Origin: Pseudomonadota bacterium
GTDB taxonomy: Bacteria > Pseudomonadota > Alphaproteobacteria > DSM-16000 > Inquilinaceae
Direction: 5' to 3'
Assembly (NCBI GenBank): GCA_039030175.1
Contig: JBCCER010000001.1
Coordinates: 7,522 to 71,521 of the forward strand
DNA: 64,000 nt
The notes below the pieces were generated by a model that saw only the letters and a program-made list of their open reading frames with translations, searched no databases and was not told where the DNA came from. Every line of letters begins with the position of its first letter. Within the stretch, counting starts at the first letter, position 1. The translations under genes were made by a program, and so were the position numbers. This document shows positions 59,828 through 64,000 of this stretch, piece by piece.

Positions 59828-61216
59828 GTGGGCGACTGGATGCCGTCGTTGGCCGACAGGCCAGGTCCCAAATATCTGCGCATAGCAGATGCATTGGCGG
59901 AGGACATCTATGCCGGGCGGCTTGCGGTAGGGGACAAGGTACCACCTCATCGAGACCTTGCCTGGCGCCTGGGGGTGACGGTCGGGACGGTGAGCCGAGC
60001 TTACGCCGAGGCAGAAAGGCGCGGTTTGCTCGTCGGCGAGGTCGGTCGTGGCAGTTTTGTGCGCGCCGGGGCAAGATCCGCCGCAACATTGGACATGCCG
60101 GCGATAGGCGGCCCGCACACGATCGAGTTGGCGATCAACAGGCCCCCGACGGCACCGGCGGTGAAGGCGTTTTCAGAAGCCTTGGTCGCACAATCGGTCA
60201 ACCCGAAGCTAGACGATCTGATGAATTATCAATCTCATACAGGGCTATGGGACCATCGGGCCAGCGGTGCTGCCTGGCTCCGCCAGAGAGGGCTGGACAC
60301 AACCACCGACAATGTCCTCGTAGTCAATGGCGTAGAGCATGGCCTCGCCGCGGCCTTCATGGCGCTGGCCGATCCCGGCGAAACGGTCTTGGTTGAGGAA
60401 CTGACCTGGTCAGGCACTCGGGCCCTGGCGAGCCTAATGCGACTGCGGCTAAAGCCCGTTTCCATGGATGATGATGGGCTTGTTCCGGAAGCGTTTGAAG
60501 CAGCGGTTAAGTCGACTGGCGCGCGACTGGTCTATCTTAATCCAAATATCCACAATCCGACGAGCACGGTGCTTGCCGCGGAAAGACGCGCACGCATCGC
60601 CGAAATCGTTCGCGCGAACGACATGACGATCATTGAGGACGATGTTTACGGCTTCCTGATGCCCGAAGGGCCGCCGCCTTTGGCCTCCTATGCGCCAGAT
60701 CATACGATCTACGTCACCGGCGCATCGAAAGTGATGGCCCCGACCTTTCGGGTGGGATTTGCCTCGATGCCGGCGGATAGAATCGGCCGCTTTAGCGCTG
60801 CAGCACGAGCGGCGAACTGGATGGCGCCTCCCGTGTTGGCCCAGATCGTCGCCGACTGGATTGAGGACGGTACGGCAAAGGAACTGGCAGCTGCCATTCG
60901 CGCTGATGTCGACAGGCGCCACGTGATTGCCAGACGATGCCTTGCCGGAGCGGCCTTTCGCATGGCGCCTGGCAGTTTTCATCTGTGGCTGTCGCTACCG
61001 GAGCCGTGGCGGGCGCAGGAGTTTGTGGACGCCGGGCGGCGGCGGAACTTGTCGCTGACGGCCACGGACCTATTCGTCCCAGGCCGTAACGAGACCCCGC
61101 ATGCGGTCCGTGTTTCAGTGACCGCGCCGAAGACGCTTGCTGAGCTGGAAGAAGGGCTGACCCGTTTGAATGATCTCCTTACCGGTCGGCCCGAACCGTG
61201 CTTGGCGGTCGCCTAG
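59828..61216 (+). CDS. MocR/GabR/PdxR-type regulator (GntR wHTH fused to fold-type I aminotransferase-like domain)
   Basis: 462 aa with N-terminal PKYLRIADALAEDIYAGRL...PPHRDLAWRLGVTVGTVSRAYAEAERRGLL and a large C-terminal PLP-domain (YVTGASKVMAP). The start is GTG 59828 or ATG 59840. Confidence 0.85.
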   Translation: MGDWMPSLADRPGPKYLRIADALAEDIYAGRLAVGDKVPPHRDLAWRLGVTVGTVSRAYAEAERRGLLVGEVGRGSFVRAGARSAATLDMPAIGGPHTIELAINRPPTAPAVKAFSEALVAQSVNPKLDDLMNYQSHTGLWDHRASGAAWLRQRGLDTTTDNVLVVNGVEHGLAAAFMALADPGETVLVEELTWSGTRALASLMRLRLKPVSMDDDGLVPEAFEAAVKSTGARLVYLNPNIHNPTSTVLAAERRARIAEIVRANDMTIIEDDVYGFLMPEGPPPLASYAPDHTIYVTGASKVMAPTFRVGFASMPADRIGRFSAAARAANWMAPPVLAQIVADWIEDGTAKELAAAIRADVDRRHVIARRCLAGAAFRMAPGSFHLWLSLPEPWRAQEFVDAGRRRNLSLTATDLFVPGRNETPHAVRVSVTAPKTLAELEEGLTRLNDLLTGRPEPCLAVA

Positions 61217-61227
61217 GAGCCAGACCG

Positions 61228-61854
61228 ATGTACATCCCCAAAGCTTTTGCCTGGCAAGATCAGGCCGCCCTATGGCGCGCTCTTGAAGAGCAGGCCTTTG
61301 GAATGCTGGTCACCGGCGGCCAGAGGGGTGAGCCACCGCTGGTCAGTCACCTCCCGTTCCTGCCTATTCCGAACGAAGGGCGGCTATTGTGCCATGTCGC
61401 GCGGGCCAATCCGCATTGGCAAGGCCTAGGGGATGGAGCACCAGTGCGCTGCGTTTTCAGTGGTCCCCATGGCTACGTGTCGCCAACTTGGTACCGACAG
61501 CCAGACTGTGCCGTGCCGACCTGGAATTACGTCACGGTTCATGCAGTTGGCATTGCAAGAGCCGTCGAAGACGCTGACTGGCTGGTCGCGCTGGTGGACC
61601 AACTCTCGTCGACCTACGAACGGCCGAATGGCTGGCAATTTGTTCAGCTAGCCGAGAGTCTTCGTCGATCGCTTGTGAACGCCATTGTCGGCATTGAGAT
61701 CGATGTCGACAGGTTAGAGGGTAAGCGCAAACTGACCCAGAACCGGCCGGAGACAGATCAAATCAACGTCGTAGAGAAGTTGAGGGCCAGTTCCAGGTCG
61801 GGCGATCTGGCCCTGGCGGACGAAATGAAATCTGAACAAGAGAAAAACGCGTGA
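61228..61854 (+). CDS. PaiB family FMN-binding protein
   Basis: 208 aa from MYIPKAFAWQDQAALWRALEEQAFGMLVT, with a C-terminal KRKLTQNRP motif typical of the family. Confidence 0.75.
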   Translation: MYIPKAFAWQDQAALWRALEEQAFGMLVTGGQRGEPPLVSHLPFLPIPNEGRLLCHVARANPHWQGLGDGAPVRCVFSGPHGYVSPTWYRQPDCAVPTWNYVTVHAVGIARAVEDADWLVALVDQLSSTYERPNGWQFVQLAESLRRSLVNAIVGIEIDVDRLEGKRKLTQNRPETDQINVVEKLRASSRSGDLALADEMKSEQEKNA

Positions 61855-62702
61855 ACATTCTTTCGATCCAATCGAGCGTTGCTTATGGGCATGTCGGGAA
61901 CAGCGCTGCTGTTTTTCCGCTGCAACGACTGGGCTTTTCGGTCTGGCCCGTGATCACGGTGCATTTTTCCAATCACCTGGGCTACGGCGCGGCACGAGGA
62001 CCTGTATTACCGGCGGAGGATGTTGCGGATGTCATCCGAGGCATAGAAGAGCGGGACGTCATGGCCGACTGCGACGCCGTTCTGAGCGGTTACATGGGCG
62101 ATGCGTCGATTGGCGAGGTGATTCTCGACGCGGTCGAGCGCGTTCGCAAGCATCGGCCCGATGCCGTCTATTGCTGTGACCCGGTCATGGGCGATGTCGG
62201 GACTGGGTTTTATGTGCGGCCGGGCATTCCCGAATTCATGCGCCAACGAGCGGTTCCGGCGGCGACATTGGTAACGCCAAATCAGTTCGAACTTGAATAT
62301 CTCACCGACAGCAAAGTGACTGACCTGGCGAGTGTTCTCGACGCGGTTGACCAGCTTCGGGCCATGGGGCCGGACGTGGTTCTCGTAACAAGTCTGCGCC
62401 GTGAAGACGGTCCGACCGACCGGATCGAACTGCTGGCTGTCTCAAGCGATGGCGCTTGGCTGCTGTCCAGCCCGCTTTTGCCGGTCGATGTCAACGGCGC
62501 CGGAGATGCAACGGCAGCGCTTTTTCTCGCTCATTGGCTTACCGATCACTCGATTAGAGAGGCGTTGTCGAAAACGTCGGAGAGCATCTACTCGGTTCTG
62601 GAGCGAACCTTGTCGGCGGGCACGCGGGAGATTCAATTGATTGCCGCGCAGGATGCCATAGCCCATCCGCCAAGCCGATTCGATGTAGAAAAGGTGCGCT
62701 GA
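61851..62702 (+). CDS. pdxY: pyridoxal kinase
   Basis: 283 aa. (V)NILSIQSSVAYGHVGNSAAVFPLQRLG closely parallels the E. coli PdxY N-terminus. Contains the ribokinase-fold motif NGAGDATAALF. The GTG start overlaps the paiB stop. Confidence 0.88.
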   Translation: MNILSIQSSVAYGHVGNSAAVFPLQRLGFSVWPVITVHFSNHLGYGAARGPVLPAEDVADVIRGIEERDVMADCDAVLSGYMGDASIGEVILDAVERVRKHRPDAVYCCDPVMGDVGTGFYVRPGIPEFMRQRAVPAATLVTPNQFELEYLTDSKVTDLASVLDAVDQLRAMGPDVVLVTSLRREDGPTDRIELLAVSSDGAWLLSSPLLPVDVNGAGDATAALFLAHWLTDHSIREALSKTSESIYSVLERTLSAGTREIQLIAAQDAIAHPPSRFDVEKVR

Positions 62703-62705
62703 TTG

Positions 62706-63638
62706 ATGGACGCGGCTCAGTCCAGCGGCCGTCAGGCATGGGCTTATCTACTACTGATCCTGTCCCCGCTTTTCATGGCGTCCAATGTGGTCTTTGGCCG
62801 CGACGCAGTGGAAACGGTGCCGCCGATTGGGCTGGCCTTCTGGCGCTGGGTTCTCGCCTTTGCAATTCTATTGCCGTTTGCCTGGCCGGGCCTGCGGCGC
62901 CACGGCACGAGCCTGCTTAGGGCGTGGCCTCTGCTGCTTGTGCTTGGGGCACTGGGTATGGGTGTGTGCGGGGCCTTCGTCTATATAGGCTTGCAACATA
63001 CGACGGCGACTCACGCCGGACTTATCTATGCAGCCTCTCCGATCTTCATTCTGATCATTGGCGCTGTCTTCATCGGCGAGCGATTGAGCCTTATCCAGTG
63101 CCTGGGCGTTGTCTTGGCAGTCTTTGGCGTCGTGGTCATTTTGACACATGGCGCCCCCCAACAGTTGCTCTCATTCAGGGTCAATGTCGGCGACGTCTGG
63201 GTTCTCGTCGCTACCGTGGCCTGGGCTGTCTATTCCGTTCTGTTGAAACGGAAATCGCTCTCGGTCCCGACAATCCCCCTGTTCGCTGCAATCGCTCTGG
63301 CGGGTGTGATCTGTTTGGCGCCCTTCTACGTTTGGGAAACGCTTGCAGGCCGACCGGTCGTTCCAACGACAGATGCCCTAACTAGCGTGCTGGCTGTCGC
63401 TTTCATCGCCTCGGTGCTGGCGTTTGGGGCCTATCAGCAAGGCATCGCAGTGATCGGACCGAGCAGGGCAGGTATGTTCATGTATTTGATGCCAGTTTAC
63501 GCCGCCCTGCTGGCGATTGTCTTCCTCGGTGAGCGGTTCGAGCTGTTCCATCTGGTCGGGTTGGGCTTCATTCTTCCGGGACTGGTTTTGGCCACCTTGG
63601 TGCCAAGGTGGCGTTGGAGACTTGGCAGAGCCGCCTAA
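62706..63638 (+). CDS. DMT superfamily (EamA-like) transporter
   Basis: 310 aa with about 10 hydrophobic helices in two EamA-like halves. It starts 3 nt after the pdxY stop. Confidence 0.8.
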   Translation: MDAAQSSGRQAWAYLLLILSPLFMASNVVFGRDAVETVPPIGLAFWRWVLAFAILLPFAWPGLRRHGTSLLRAWPLLLVLGALGMGVCGAFVYIGLQHTTATHAGLIYAASPIFILIIGAVFIGERLSLIQCLGVVLAVFGVVVILTHGAPQQLLSFRVNVGDVWVLVATVAWAVYSVLLKRKSLSVPTIPLFAAIALAGVICLAPFYVWETLAGRPVVPTTDALTSVLAVAFIASVLAFGAYQQGIAVIGPSRAGMFMYLMPVYAALLAIVFLGERFELFHLVGLGFILPGLVLATLVPRWRWRLGRAA

Positions 63639-63656
63639 ACCGCTTACAGCGGTGTT

Positions 63657-64000
63657 ATGTCTGGTGTAATCGTCGGCCTGCTCGTCGCCGCTGTCTTGCT
63701 GAGCATTGTCAGCTTGCTGCAGCCCTTGACGGAGCGATTGCGGATACCGCGTACCGTGATGCTGGCGATGGTCGGCATCGCAGTCGGCTTCGTCTTGCTG
63801 CTGCCGTTCAATCCTACGGGCGACTCGGTCTGGAATGACGCGCTGGCCAGTCTCGGCAGCCTTGATCTTGGCGCCGATGTTCTCTTGACGGTCTTTTTGC
63901 CGATCCTGCTTTTTCATGCCGGTCTTACGATTGACGTGCGCCGCATGCTGGATGATTTGGCGCCGATTCTTGTCATGGCGGTCGTGGCGGTCGCGGTTTG
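63657..64000 (+). CDS. partial CDS: cation/proton antiporter (CPA1/NhaP-like), N-terminal 114 codons, runs off window end
   Basis: My translation from the ATG at 63657 is MSGVIVGLLVAAVLLSIVSLLQPLTERLRIPRTVMLAMVGIAVGF...VFLPILLFHAGLTIDVRRML.... It has no stop before 64000 and is absent from the ORF track because it is open-ended. Confidence 0.6.
   Translation, partial: MSGVIVGLLVAAVLLSIVSLLQPLTERLRIPRTVMLAMVGIAVGFVLLLPFNPTGDSVWNDALASLGSLDLGADVLLTVFLPILLFHAGLTIDVRRMLDDLAPILVMAVVAVAV

Overview
This is a high-GC (roughly 60%) bacterial chromosomal segment. Gene content and local synteny point to an alphaproteobacterium: dcd-murA-DUF2948, then hisG-hisD-UPF0262-LMW phosphatase-infA-maf-RNase E/G-like-yacG, plus TAXI-TRAP, TTT and Dpp-type importers. 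I call about 62 protein-coding genes (two partial at the window edges), two tRNAs (Thr-GGU, Phe-GAA) and a few hairpins, palindromes and repeat arrays in intergenic DNA. I saw no rRNA, CRISPR array, transposase, integrase, phage gene or obvious defence or toxin-antitoxin module. The window reads as core metabolic and transport chromosome, not an accessory island, so I cannot point to a self-contained novel system. The best candidates for a second look are listed here. (1) A tightly packed co-directional array tctCBA-HIT-LysR-flavin monooxygenase-nitrilase, with the regulator translationally coupled to the monooxygenase. (2) A MocR-PaiB-PdxY-DMT cluster preceded by helically phased GTCAAT hexamers, a candidate vitamin B6 salvage module. 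(3) A HutF-like amidohydrolase that appears to have lost catalytic residues, next to an orphan phnM. (4) A PAPS-synthesis module (cysD-cysNC-IMPase) set among scattered nucleotide-sugar genes, including a ManC with a degenerate cupin domain and no glycosyl- or sulfotransferase. (5) A TetR gene, a perfect palindrome and a YbhGFSR-like exporter followed directly by a serine hydrolase. All functional calls come from by-eye motif and family recognition on the supplied translations. No database search was run, and start codons are best guesses.
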